A stretch of 64,000 bases of DNA, from positions 101,680,001 through 101,744,000 of the forward strand of contig NC_058374.1 of assembly GCF_018350175.1 (NCBI RefSeq), given 5' to 3'. Below, piece after piece: positions 37,426 through 50,235 of the stretch; the first letter of the stretch is position 1; every line of letters begins with the position of its first letter. Both the position numbers and the translations under genes were made by a program. This stretch comes from Felis catus. Lineage: Eukaryota. The notes under the pieces were generated by a model. The model saw only the letters and a list, made by a program, of their open reading frames with translations. It made no database searches and was not told the origin of the DNA.

Positions 37426-37869
37426 TTTGTGTGTGTAACATTGTGGTAGACTACAAAAATTGGTTGCCCTGTGGAGAGAATTTGTTACCTATTCAGTACA
37501 TAGTTTTTGAAAGCTACCAAGTGCCAGGCTCTGGATTAGGTAAATAAGTCATTTTCTTTCTTTCCTTTAAGAATTTCACAGTATAGGATGCTATACTGAT
37601 ATAGGATGAGAATAGTTGTATTCCTTAGGGCAAAGGCTAAATTGCTTTATCAATGAGATCCTCAAATATTGTTATTCAAATATGCTGGGATTCAAATGTT
37701 TTAAAACTTCATAATCTAGCCAGTCACAGCTAGGTGAGGCAGACTAACTCCACCTAGGAGGTGGTAGGGAACATGTCCTTCAATTCTATCCCTCCTCCCT
37801 CAAAGGTAGTGTATGGTTGAAGCTAGGTCATTACCCACTCATGGAAGTTGATAAAAACAACAAATGGAT

Positions 37870-38065
37870 GGCATCAATTTCATTCAAAGTAAGTGAGGAA
37901 GCAGTTGCCAGTAAGCTCACATTCCATTGTTGTGACTTTGGTCATACGACCATACCTCGCAAGGGTATATTGTTTCGAGCTGGGTAACCACATGCTCAGC
38001 TACAATCCTATTATTATGGAAGAAGGAGAAAAGGATGTTAGGAAACAACTAGCAGTTTTCCATAG
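37870..38065 (-). mobile_element. Old MLT1 (J/K/L-like) LTR fragment
   Basis: ttggtcatacgaccatacct...gaagaaggagaaaaggatgttaggaaacaactagcagt. Confidence 0.55.
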
Positions 38066-40369
38066 ATAAGAAATATTATCATAAATATTAGCATATCAGT
38101 ATTTCCATTCTTAAAAATCATGTGGAGAGCAGCTAACAATGCTCCTAGATAATTAAGATATACTTTACCTGAAGTCCCAATCTGCCTATACCAGAAGCAG
38201 AGTTGATCTTGTCTATACTATGCGTAAAAGTGTTCGGGTTATTTTTGACCACTTCTGACAATTTGTTTCTAAACTCTTTTTGGCCTCTGAGGATTACTGT
38301 CTATAGAATTGTAGAGAATACCTAAAATTTCTTAAATTCTATAAGTAAAAAATATGAGCAGAGTGAATTCAGTCCTGGATCTCTCTCTTCATCTGCCTGC
38401 TATGAGGCTTCTGGTCCTAGAGACACTTCTTTTCCCAGCCAATGAAGGGGACTATAACCAAGTTGTTCTGCTTTTGTAGACAAAGCATTTGGGTCACCAT
38501 ATTCTCTCTCAACATCTAATAAAATTCAAGCACGGAATTTTATTGAAATCTCTCTACAATGGATACTCTTCATCTACATTTTTTTTTTTTTGGCATTTAG
38601 TTTAAATGGGTATTTTCTTCAAAATCCTATCTGATCCTGACATCACAGGCAGTACATTGGCAAGGTCTCATATGATTTAATAACACTGTCAGACTCAGAA
38701 TTAATTTAGTTCAATTCTTACAGCTCAAATTCCACAAGCACTGTAACAAACAATTTTATAATGCATGGCAAGCCTATTAAAATAATCAATCCAAAAAACC
38801 AGACTCTCAAAAATCCTTCTAATGAAATTGTTTGTAATTTGTTTACAAGAAGATATTATTTCAAATAGAATAAATCATATCCTACATCATCTTGTAAGTA
38901 CTGTATTTTTTTTTTTTGTGGAGTGACATATATGTCCTACCGGTGGCTCAATCTTATAACAATAATTGGAGACAGGAATTCTTTGAAAAAAAAAATTTTA
39001 AATGTTATTAGATTAGATAAATGGACAAATACTTATTATTAGGTCGAATTTTTAACTCGCATTTGTTCATGTCTAAAACACAGTGATTAAAGATATATAT
39101 TCACTTAATAGACTCTTTTGCATGAAATGTCCAGTTAATTTAGTTAAATAATCACTCTTCTTAAAAAAGTCCAGTAAACTCAAACAAAATTAGTTTGACT
39201 ACCTTTTGAACTGACTGAATAATCAAGTAGTCATTTGGAGCAAGATGTTCCTATCAATTGTATAATTAAAAGTCAGTATATCTTATAGTCTCAGTTCCAC
39301 TAACTCCTAACTAATAAAGTTATGATTTACATGAACTTAAGGAATTGAAACTTAAATTATATATTATAAAATATAGTCAATATCTAGTCAATTAGATTTC
39401 TGTGGCTAAAATATGGCCTCCTGAAACTTTACATATTCCAAAATTACAGCCTTAGCACTTGCAAAACTATTTTAAATAATCACACAGAAAAAGAAAACTT
39501 AATGTACTAGGTACAGCTAGACCTATGCACAGAGAAAAATTCCTCCTGCCCTTTTATGCTCAATTGAAGTGATTCTTTTCAAATTTGTTTGGCTATTTTT
39601 TAATGCAACTATAACAAATTTCTAAATAACTGACTCAAACCTGTTACTATAGTATCTACGGTATCTGATTGCTGATCAACTTTTTTCCCATCTTTTTGAT
39701 TTCCTGACAGTTGCCTAGAATAATGCCAGTATGATTGGGATAAGATTCAGCATTTTAATGTTGAACTTCATTGCTATGAGTATTATAAGTAACTGCGTTC
39801 TTATGTTTATGATAGTGTAGATAATGGAAGTATGGAAAAGCTACCACATCTGGACTACAACAGGACATTTAAGAGGATTTATCATGAAAACCTCATGTTT
39901 AAACTTTGAGTATCAGCAAAAAGAAGAAGTAACTTACTAAATGAGAAAACAAATTATAACAATTGCTAATCAGAAAGGAAGTATCCACTGGTAGGCTTGA
40001 GGGTATATGATCCAGTATTGTTACTCACAGATAGGGGATTTATATAGGCATATTCATAAAATTGTGATACAAGATATAGATTTATAAATGCAATTATTTT
40101 TATATCAAGATGTCAAATGCCATGGCAGTTTTTTGGGCTGAATCAAATAAATCAAGTCCAGAACTTCAACTTTTTTTGTAACATCACCCCTTTCCCCATT
40201 GAAAGAAGGACAGTGAGATTGAGATATGGCTCTGAACCAAAAAATGACAAAAAAGACTTTGAAATCTAAGTGAAATTATCCAAATTGGTATAATATCTCA
40301 AACCAGCCTGGGCAAGATGACTATTTTCATTAGTCAGTTTATGACCAGAATTTTGATTTCCTATGTATC

Positions 40370-40561
40370 TTTTTAAAAAAATTTTAATGTTTATTTATTA
40401 GAGAGAGAGAGAGAGAGAAGAAGTGTGAGCCGGGGAGGGGCAGAGAGAGGGACACACACAGACACACAGATTCTGAAACAGGCTCCAGGCTCTGAGCCAT
40501 CAGCACAGAGCCCGAAAGGGACTCGAACTCAGGAGCCCTAAGGTCATGACCTGAGCTGACC
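40370..40561 (-). mobile_element. 5'-truncated CanSINE
   Basis: Poly-T/GA tract, caggctccaggctctgagccatcagcacagagcc; 14-bp TSD ttgatttcctatgt (40353-40366, 40562-40575). Confidence 0.95.
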
Positions 40562-40599
40562 TTGATTTCCTATGTGTAGGCCTATAGTAAATCACACAG

Positions 40600-40885
40600 T
40601 GAAGAGACAAAAAGAAGGATTGAAGGCACTAGGGACGTTCATGCTACAGAAGAGAAGATTTAGGAGAGACAAAAAAAGTTTTCTTCATTGTCAAAGGATT
40701 AGAGACGAAGCTTACTCTACATGGCTCCAAGGGTATAAACAGGAAACCAAGGGTTAGACAGATTTAACTTTGATTTAAAGGTGAATTTTGTAAAAGAGTT
40801 GTCCTGTGCCAAGATAGAGTCACTGAAGAATAATGGATTCCTAATTTGGGCGTATTCAAGAATAGGCTAGACCATTATTGGGTAA
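40600..40885 (+). mobile_element. L3/CR1 3' fragment
   Basis: gattgaaggcactagggacgttcatgctacagaagagaagatttagg...gtattcaagaataggctaga. Confidence 0.7.
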
Positions 40886-41612
40886 ATATATAATTTTAGA
40901 AGTTCAACTATTAAATAAATAAGATAAAATGATAGATGATATCCTTTCCAAGACTCTAACATCCATCCTACATATTTTATAAGATTTTTCTGGAGATTAA
41001 CTGAGGTAATAAACATAGAAGTACTTATGAAAAACTTATGTTTTGAGGGAAGAAGTTTAAGTCTTTAATTTTAATAGTTCAAGTTCCAAGTTATACAGAA
41101 GCAATTTAATATAAACTTAATTTTTTCGAAAAAGTAGTGAAATTAAAATTTAATAATTATCAATCTTATGACGTAATTGAAAATGTTGATAGAGCCTTCT
41201 ACAATTAAAAAAAAACTTGTAAATTCTTTTTATAAGATATAATAAGATGAAAATAAGACAAAATGGAAAGCTATTTTACTAGATACAAGCAGTTAAAATC
41301 TATATTATATAAAGAGCTCACATAAATATACATTTTAAAATTCTGAGTGAGAAACATGGAAATAATAGAACAATTTTCGCAGAAGAGTAAACAAATATTA
41401 AATATAATTGCATGGAAATAATTATAGTAACAAATGTTGATTCAACCTTGAGAATAATTCTACACCTATTAAATTAATAATATTATAAAGATGATTTTAT
41501 CCAAGTACAGATGAATTTATTGGGAAGGTTATGCATATAAACTCTTCACAAGAATTTGCAAATTCTTACAATTTCTTTGTGAGACAATATTATAACATGG
41601 TCCTTCATTTGG

Positions 41613-42100
41613 TATTGGAAGATAGTTCTTCACAGGACTCTCTCATTTCTGTACATCTTGTGAACAGAAGCACAGATGGCTTTTTTTGTGGATAATCTTT
41701 TTAAGATTGTTTTATAGCAAATAGCCTTGGAAGATAGGGATAGTGCCTTTTTACTATTGAGTATAATAGAAATAATATCGCCCCCTGAGGCAAAAGGCAG
41801 CTGCACTTATCAGCCATTATAAGAAATTTGGATTATTAAGAAAACTTAGGGTTCTTCTCCTGTAACACAGCCCATTACATATGTAGGTGTTACCTGCTTT
41901 TTTTTTATGTCACCCTGAGGGAACTGGGGCTTGAGGAACTGACACATGAAAATTTATGATATTCTGGGTATTTCTGTTTCAGTGAGTAATAAAGTATCAT
42001 AGGTCTCTGATCCAGGAGTCTTCGTGTGTTCTGCCAGCATCCATGAAACTATGGCAGTCTAACCTGTTTGTTTGGAAATCTCATTTCTTGGCTTTTGGCA
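41613..42100 (+). mobile_element. LTR40-like ERVL LTR
   Basis: atagccttggaagatagggatagtg...gcaaaaggcag...gtgagtaataaagt...gatccaggagtc...ctgccagcatccatgaaact. Confidence 0.8.
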
Positions 42101-42104
42101 TAGA

Positions 42105-42322
42105 GACAATGCAGTGTGATTTAGAAGGAGCCTAAACTTTAGAATCAGACCATCCATATTCAAGTTTGATCCCTGCCACTAGATAAATCATAAAACCTAT
42201 CCAAATATCAATTTCCTCATTTCCAAAATAGAGGATAAAAATGCTTAAATTTTAATGTTTATGAAAACATTAAGTGAGAAAATGAAAGCCACGTGCTGAT
42301 ACTTTTCCTGCCACATATAAGA
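42105..42322 (+). mobile_element. MIR
   Basis: tttagaatcagac...ctgccact...tcaatttcctcatttccaaaataga. Confidence 0.7.
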
Positions 42323-42332
42323 AATATAATTA

Positions 42333-42542
42333 GGGGCGCCTGGGTGGCTGAGTTGATTAAGCCTCTGACTTCTGCTCAGGTCATGATCTCACAGTTCGTG
42401 AGTTCAAGCCCCGCAATGCGCTCTGTGCTGACAGCTCAACGCTCGGAGCCTGCATTAGATCCTGTGTCTCCCTTTCTGCCCACTCCTGGTTGCGCTCTGT
42501 CTCTGTCTCTCAAAAATGAATAAATGTTAAAAAATAAAAACA
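42333..42542 (+). mobile_element. CanSINE
   Basis: ggggcgcctgggtggct head; TSD aaatataatta on both sides. Confidence 0.96.
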
Positions 42543-42857
42543 AATATAATTAATGCTTATCTCTTGTCTTTCCCTCCCTCTGCCATCCATCATAATTGTT
42601 ATCCAACATTTCAATACCGTGACAAATAAATGCCCTATCAATAGAAAATAATTGGTTGCTGTCTGTGTAATTGTAATTCAGCTTAAGGATATCAATCAGC
42701 AGAAGATGAACTTGTACTCTATTAATAAATGGCATTTATTGCATATTAGTCTCTTTTTTACCGACAAGATCTGGAGGTCTGCTGCTTGGCAAGTAGACCA
42801 TATTTTGGTCATGTAATATGTAATATGTTAAATATGTAATATGTTAAAAGCTTTCTT

Positions 42858-43090
42858 TTTTTTTTAATTTTTTTCAACGTTTATTTATTTTTTTTTGGGG
42901 GGGGGGACAGAGAGAGACAGAGCATGAACGGGGGAGGGGGAAAGAGAGAGAGGGAGACACAGAATCGGAAACAGGCTCCAGGCTCTGAGCCATCAGCCCA
43001 GAGCCTGACGCGGGGCTCGAACTCACGGACCGCGAGATCGTGACCTGGCTGAAGTCAGACGCTTAACGGACTGCGCCACCCAGGCACTCC
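42858..43090 (-). mobile_element. Young CanSINE (SINEC_Fc)
   Basis: CpG-rich body gcggggctcgaactcacggaccgcgagatcgtgacc; perfect 16-bp TSD tgttaaaagctttctt (42842-42857, 43091-43106). Confidence 0.98.
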
Positions 43091-43849
43091 TGTTAAAAGC
43101 TTTCTTACCAGTAATGAATCAAGTTCTGAAATGTTCTAATACTGTGTTAAGACCAACTGCAAAAGTGTCTGGAGAGACACATGTAACTTGACAATCCTAT
43201 CAGGCAACATCTTAGTAAATCTATCCTAACCAGGCTAAGTAAGGATAGGAAAGAAGGTTGCATTTGCTTATTTGTGGGTTTTGTTTTTTGTTTTGTTTTG
43301 TTTTGATTTGTTTTTGCCTGAGGTATTTCCTATCTCCTCAGGTCTCTGACATTACTCTCAAATTATGAGGCAAATTTTTCAGCAAAATTATCTGAAGTAC
43401 TTATTCTTTCTCATCACGTCTGCAAGACCTGGGTATCTTTCAAATGACTCTTCCATCTGTTTCTTCTTCTAATGCCAGGACCTCTATCCTCTTCCTTAGA
43501 GTTATATTTCCTTTTGAACACTAATTACTGCCTGGGACGTGGCTCAAGTTTGCCTCCCTCCCTCTGACTTGGTGACTGTGCCACGCCAGATTCTCTCTAG
43601 AGCAGGGAGGTCATGTGAGTTCTGTTGCCCTGTTTCCTTGGCAACCTTTAATTTGGTTCCATCTGGGTCTCGCTGACTCCCAGAATTCCATGTTGTCACA
43701 GCCCAATTTACATCATTTCCCCTCTAGGCTGGGGCATGTTATATTGGGGGAGAGCAGTGAAAACAGGAAGAAAAAAAAAATCCAACCATAGGATAGTGGC
43801 TGAGTCAATTATGCTATATGTACCTTTTGATAGATCATTGTTGTTTTTC

Positions 43850-44485
43850 TTTCTCAGTCTTTTGCTATATTACAGAAAAATGTTAAAAGGACATGCCATA
43901 TTGTACACATGCACGTAAATTGGCAGAATAAATTTTTAGTAGTTGGGATGGATGGATTGAACAGTATCTGCATTTTTGTTTTCAGTCATTGTCAAGTTGC
44001 CTCCACAGGGGTTGCACCATTTTACTCCCACTAGCAATATATTAGAGGAATTATTTTCTCACAAACTGACTAAGAGAGTTTGCTATAAATTTTAGATTTT
44101 TGCTCTATCTATATAGGTTAAAATTATATCTTGGTATAGTTTTTAGTTTGCTGTTTTGTTTTTAATTGTGAGAGAGGTTGGTGATGCTTTCCTATGTTTA
44201 AGAGACTTTTAGCCTATAAATGTTAAGTTCATATTTTTTGCTCATTTTTCTAATGAGTGTTGTTTTTTTTAACTTCTTAATCCACCAGGAACTTCTTATC
44301 TATTCTTTCTGTGAGATATAGAATTTGAAGTTTTGTGATTTGCTTTTGTTTATAGTGTTTTTCATACAAAAGAGCTTTTAATGACTTCTGGAATTGAGGT
44401 CATACTTTGGAAGGTTTTCTCTACTCCAAGACTATGAAGAAACGTGCCCATATTTTTTTTCTAGTATTTACATGGCCTTGTTTTC
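43850..44485 (-). mobile_element. Old L1M ORF2 fragment
   Basis: ggttgcaccatttactcccactagcaatat...ttttgctcatttttcta...tttttttctagtattt. Confidence 0.75.
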
Positions 44486-44904
44486 TCTTCTAGACTTAGG
44501 TTACCATCTGTTCGGTTGCTCTGTAACAACGTGATAATTTACTTCTGACTCAATTTGGGTTCTCAATAAGGAGTCAGTTCATAGTGTAGAATACAGACAT
44601 AATAAAATGAATTTGAGTTAATAAAGTTATGGTTTTAAATTCATTTAATATTGGAAAAATAAGAAAGACTCCAACATATTATAAAAGTGAAACAAATGAT
44701 TTCTGTTGACCATTTCTGGACAACTTGTGGAAAAAGTAAGGGTATCTTTGGAGTATATATATATATATGACTACATTTCCTGTCTTTCAAAGTAGGTTGT
44801 TTTTTATTTTGTTTTTGTTTTTTCTGGGAAAGACATGGTAGGCTATTTTCAGACAAGAAAGGCCCAGAGTGCTTAATTATCTCCAGGTGTATTCCCAGTG
44901 AGGC

Positions 44905-45105
44905 CTAGAGGAGCATGGTCAAAAGCACAGCACACTAGGTATATCTCCCCATCAGTTGCTATTTACCTCTTAGCTTCAGTTTCCTCATAGGCAAACTATG
45001 GAAAAACGATGCCTTCTTCATAGCACTGAGAGGATTAAATGAGATGAAACAAGTACAGTGCCTGGCATATACATATCGTATATTATTCAATAAATAGCTC
45101 TTATT
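44905..45105 (+). mobile_element. MIR
   Basis: cttcagtttcctcatagg...gaggattaaatgagatga...cagtgcctggcatat. Confidence 0.75.
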
Positions 45106-46624
45106 CGATATTGAAGCCATTTTATTTTAGATGACTCCATATTTTTAAAAGATGGAAATATTAATAACATACACATTTGGTTCACCCAAAGTAAAGGCAG
45201 CGTTGAGGATATATGACAACATAAATCTTCAAATGTATTGTCTCATATCACTGATTGAAAATGGCAACTTTAGTCTATTAGATGAGGCCTTGGAGATACT
45301 CATCTTCAAAGTTTTTGGAGAATAGCCTTGCAAGAACTCACTGGCTGGTGACAGTAATTCAGTTAGTTCTACATCTTTCTAGTGGAATCTAGAGTAACAT
45401 ATACAAAACCAGGTGATAAATTTTGAAAAAGTCCCTGGTATGGCAGTGCCGTGCATTTTAAGTGTACATCAAGCCTTCTGGAGACAGTTTGAGATGGATG
45501 TTCAGTGTGTTGGTGTCACATTTTTAGACATGTTCGCAAGGTCTCATTTTTTTTTTTTTTTTGTCTCTTCATTCTTGCATTTCAGCAGCTGGAAATGGCT
45601 GTGCTGCTTCAGAACCCTGTGATACCTTTTTACTATACATTTAGATTTTTAAATGCCATTGTCACTTGCTGAATGCATTTGTAAGAAATGTGCAAATCGG
45701 CAAGTCTTTTTGAAGTGTATTTTTGCTAAATTATCTTTACTTAATGAATAGTTCCCAAACAAAAGGCACGGGTGATAATCATTATCCTTCTTTTGTTCTT
45801 GCTACCTTGGCAAAACTACAGGAGCCAATAGAAAACAGACAATTGTTCTAATTTATGAATAGTAATGAATTTTTGTTACTGTGGCTTCTAGAATTTGGCT
45901 TTGTTCACGCTACTGTTGGAGAGCTAGAGCTGTTGAAATATAAGTGGTATAGTAACAAAATGAAAATGCATTCACAAATACACATAAATAACACCTTGCT
46001 CAGCCAGTAGCCAATTATTTTCTGTTGATAGAGCACTCATTTCAGTGGTGGTATTGAAATGTTGAATAGCAATAAAATTAACATTATTAAATGTCCCTAT
46101 GTAATTATAAAAGTGTCTGTGAACTGTTACCATAAGAAATACAGAATGCAGCATTCAGCTTTAACATTCATGAGTTGAGTGGATTTTTAAAAAATTATGA
46201 ACTGCTATGATCCTTCATTTCCTCCTGTGTTTAACATGGATAGTAGTACCTACCTCATTAGATGATTATGGGAATAAAATGAGAATTTGCATCTAAAGCT
46301 AGAAATACAGTGTCTAGTTTATAGGAAGCACACAATTCTAGTTATTCAAATAAAGACAGAAAAAAAAGAATGCATGCTTGTGTTATAGGCACAGATACCT
46401 GATTTGTATCTCCATGTGTATGTCTTCATAAGAATTTATTTTAGACATGACACTTATTGACATACTTTTATAGTTGTAGATTAAGTGGTTGATTTAATTA
46501 AAAAAATCATCAAAATAAAAACCATATATATTTACAACCAGATTTTTGTTCTGAAGGTCTGTTTATAAATCTATTTGTACAGTGGCTCAAGATTTACAAA
46601 AGATAATTTAAGCTTATAGTTCTT

Positions 46625-46858
46625 TGTTTAAAAAAATTTTTTTTAATGTTTGTTTATTTTTGAGAGAGAGAGACAGAGACAGAGCACGAGCTAGGGAGGG
46701 GTAGCGAGAGACAGAGGCACAGAATCCAAAGCAGGGTCCAGGCTCTGAGCTGTCAGCACAGAATCCAACGTGGGGCTTGAATCCACAAACTGTGAGATCA
46801 TGACCTGAGCTGAAATCAAGAGTCAGGTGCTTAACTGACTGAGCCACCCAGGCACCCC
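46625..46858 (-). mobile_element. CanSINE
   Basis: gtgagatcatgacctgagctgaaatcaagagtcaggtgcttaactgactgagccacccaggcacccc. Confidence 0.96.
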
Positions 46859-46887
46859 AAACTTGATGTTCTTTACGTTTATCTTAG

Positions 46888-47155
46888 ACTTGTGCTATCC
46901 AGTAAGATAGCCACTTGCCACTTATAGTTATTTAAATTTAGACATAAATTAATGAAAATTTAATAATATTTTAAAATATTTATTTGCAAAATAATATTCG
47001 ATATTTATAACTCTATTAAAATTAGCAATTTCTTTAGTCATCCTAGCCATAATTTACAACCCTTAATAGTCACACGTGGTAAGTGGTTATTGTAGCAGAC
47101 CACGAAGATACAGAATATTTCCATCATTGCAGAAAGTTCTATTGGCCGGTGTTTC
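46888..47155. mobile_element. MER3-like hAT-Charlie element
   Basis: gtgctatccagtaagatagccacttgccac...agaatatttccatcattgcagaaagttctattgg. Confidence 0.8.
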
Positions 47156-47342
47156 CTTGCAGAATTTACAGATCTACTTCTATATAGATGGAGAAAGAGA
47201 CTCTGGCCTTCTGTGGCTTGAAACATTTTTATAACCAGACCCTTCTGCAGTCTTAAATGTAAGGTTTTGAATGAATTCCCAACCTTCTCCTGCCTTCACA
47301 TTATACTAATTGGCATCTGGCATTAATGCTATTACCTTAATT

Positions 47343-47527
47343 CAGTGATCCGCAATCTTGGGAGTACATTAGAACCACGTGGAGGGATTTAAAAAATCTG
47401 GATAGCCAGGCCACATACTACATCACAGGCTAATGAAATTAGAATCTCTGACGAGGGGCAAGCAGAAATCAATATTTTTAATGCCCTCACAATGAATTCA
47501 ACATCTGGTGAAGTCTGTCAACTATGG
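47343..47527. mobile_element. MER5-like hAT-Charlie element
   Basis: cagtgatccgcaatcttggg...cattagaaccacgtggaggga...ttagaatctctg. Confidence 0.65.
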
Positions 47528-48544
47528 ATCTAGCCACACAGATCTGGTTTTGCCATGTCCCATCGCTTGGTAATCATGTGTTGTAAAGGCTGGTAGCTCT
47601 TTCCATACATTGCATGATTTGCTCTTTTTTTTCTTAAAGGTAATACTTCCTACTATTACTTCTTTCAGTACATGCAACATTATTTTCTCACAGATAGCTG
47701 AATTTTATCTTTTCTATTTTCATTCCAAATCAGAAGTCTTCTTTTCCAAGAGCTTTTCACATTCTCACTGCTTTTGTATTTCTCAAAGTTGGTAAGCATA
47801 AGTTCATGAAATATGTAAAACCAATTCTAAGTAGGAAAAAGCTCTCCAGAATAGGTGGAGGAAAATGAAATAACCTTATACTATCCTTCCTCCAAATGCT
47901 TAGAAAGAGTTATGGTACTTTTGCCCTGGAATGCAGCTTTTTAACATGCCCAAAACTTCTTTATTTAAAAGTTCATGAGTATAGGAGCTTCTGTATTGAC
48001 ATTCTTCCAACAGAAATGATTTTCTAGGAACAAGTTTTAAAGTACCTCATTATTTTGGGAAGACTCATGGTGCAAGAAAGAGTTTATATTGAGAACTTTA
48101 GGCAAATGCTAGCATATTCTTAAAATAACAGGTGAGGAAAATCTGTGGATGGTGATAATTGAGAAATACACTTGTTAAATAATATTTTAAGCCCATGTGC
48201 CACTAAAAAGTGTATTTTTTTCATTTACCAAAATAAACTCATATGTCAGAAACTGCTAGATGTTGCCCACTATCTATTCATTTCTGCATAATAATAACAC
48301 TTATAGTTGAGCATATTAAGATTTTTTTAATGAGAGAATGGGAAAAAAATGAAAACTTTATANNNNNNNNNNNNNNNNNNNNNNNNNNNNNNNNNNNNNN
48401 NNNNNNNNNNNNNNNNNNNNNNNNNNNNNNNNNNNNNNNNNNNNNNNNNNNNNNNNNNNNNNNNNNNNNNNNNNNNNNNNNNNNNNNNNNNNNNNNNNNN
48501 NNNNNNNNNNNNNNNNNNTCTGGGGGTGAATGAATATAATAGTT

Positions 48545-48992
48545 TAAATATTGGTTCAGCTCAGTAGCAGAGAACAAAGATAATAGTGGCTTGATCAAAA
48601 AGGAATTTTTTCTCTTTCATGTGAAAGCCTAGGAACTCAGTCCTGGCTAGCATGGTAATTCCACAAATATCAAATATCCAGGCTCCTTCTATTCCGTGGC
48701 CCTTTCATCTTACAGCTTCCATCTCATGGTACAATATGGATTTTGCTAGTCAGAGAAAAGGAGAACAAAAATGGAAAACAGAGGGCGTATTCGCTTCCTT
48801 TCTGGTCATGATTTGGAACTCGTACGTGACAACCCCATTCACATTTTATTGGCCAAAACAGTCTTGAGGCCACATGTAGCTGTAAGGAAGTGAGGGAATG
48901 TTATCTTACATTAAGCAGATTTGTGCCCAACCAAAACTCCTACTATTATGTAAGAAGGAAGAGTGGATTTGAGAGCACATTAGTCTCCACAG
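48545..48992 (-). mobile_element. Old MLT1 LTR
   Basis: taatagtggcttga...ttcacattttattggccaaaacagtc...ggccacatgtagctgtaagg. Confidence 0.6.
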
Positions 48993-49799
48993 TAACACAT
49001 TCAAACATCCAGACACATAGTCCTCCCTCTATCTTATGCTTGCTCCCTGCACCCCTCCTCAAATGTGACAACCATTTATTGAACTCAGCTCAAAACCCAG
49101 GATTTCTTGAGAATGTATAGCCTTTCTCTTCAGATTTCACACCACAGTTTCAAATAAAGATTTCATCCATGGTGGTTTGGAGTCTGGCTTTTTGTTAGGA
49201 AGAACCCACACAGAGTTAATTAGAAGGAAGAAAGCATCAAGTGTTCCTGTTTAGACATCTTCTGAAAATATTATTGTCCTGTTTGAGCTGCTATTTTATA
49301 TTTCTCTAAAAAATGAAAGTTATAAAGACTGACAGTGAAATACCACTAAGGGTTCCATTGTCAAATTATATTCACAAAATCCAGAGATCTGACCCTGTAT
49401 CAAACTTTTCTATAACTCAAAGGAAATCGAGGTGAAATACGGTGAAGTTTGCGACTAATAGCAGTTTTCTATGCCTTTTCTTAAAACGTTAGTATCCACC
49501 CTGCCCCAGATTTAGTATAATTCTAAGTGATGCATGTAGGGCATTGCTGACACAAAGAGAGATGTGATGGTCATAAAATTCTTAATTTTATACTTTGTTA
49601 ATTATGTAGCTGGCATGGCATTTTATAGCTGGCCATGCCTCATAAATTCATAAATTCCAGGTTTGTTTACCATTAACAATCTGAATGATCAAGATAGATT
49701 CTGTTAAAAGCATCTAGAGATAAGAACTCTCCATTACCTTTCTACCTGGAACTACTAGTAAGATGTTTAATTAAAATGCTTATTTAGAGATTTAATCAG

Positions 49800-50235
49800 G
49801 TCATTTTTCCCAAATAAAGATGGCTTTACATAAGGGGAAAAAGTAATAGATCAAAGTGTGTACAAATGTAGAATGGCTCCAAAATTGGTTCAGAGACTTT
49901 GTCATAATATCAGGGACTCAAGTTCTTTACCCCTTTCTGCTCTGCCATTTCAGTGTGTTGGCTTCTGTCCATAAGTTTGTTTCCTCATGATCACTAGAAG
50001 GCTGCCATATTCTCTTTTTACGAAGAACAAAAATGTTTCTCAGGAACCTATCAACAAACTTAACCATGGTTTTCATTAATGAAGATTGAGTCATATGCCC
50101 ATGGTCTACTTTAGAGATGTGGAGTGACTATGTCGCATTTTTCACCTCTATAATGTGGAAAGTAGGATCTACCAGCAAAGAACAGGGCAGAGAAGGGAAT
50201 GTCTATTTAAGCAACTGAAAAGTGTCCTCCTCCGC
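49800..50235 (-). mobile_element. Old MLT1 LTR
   Basis: tcagggactcaagttcttt...ttctgctctgccatttcagtgtgttggctt...gagtcatatgccc. Confidence 0.55.
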
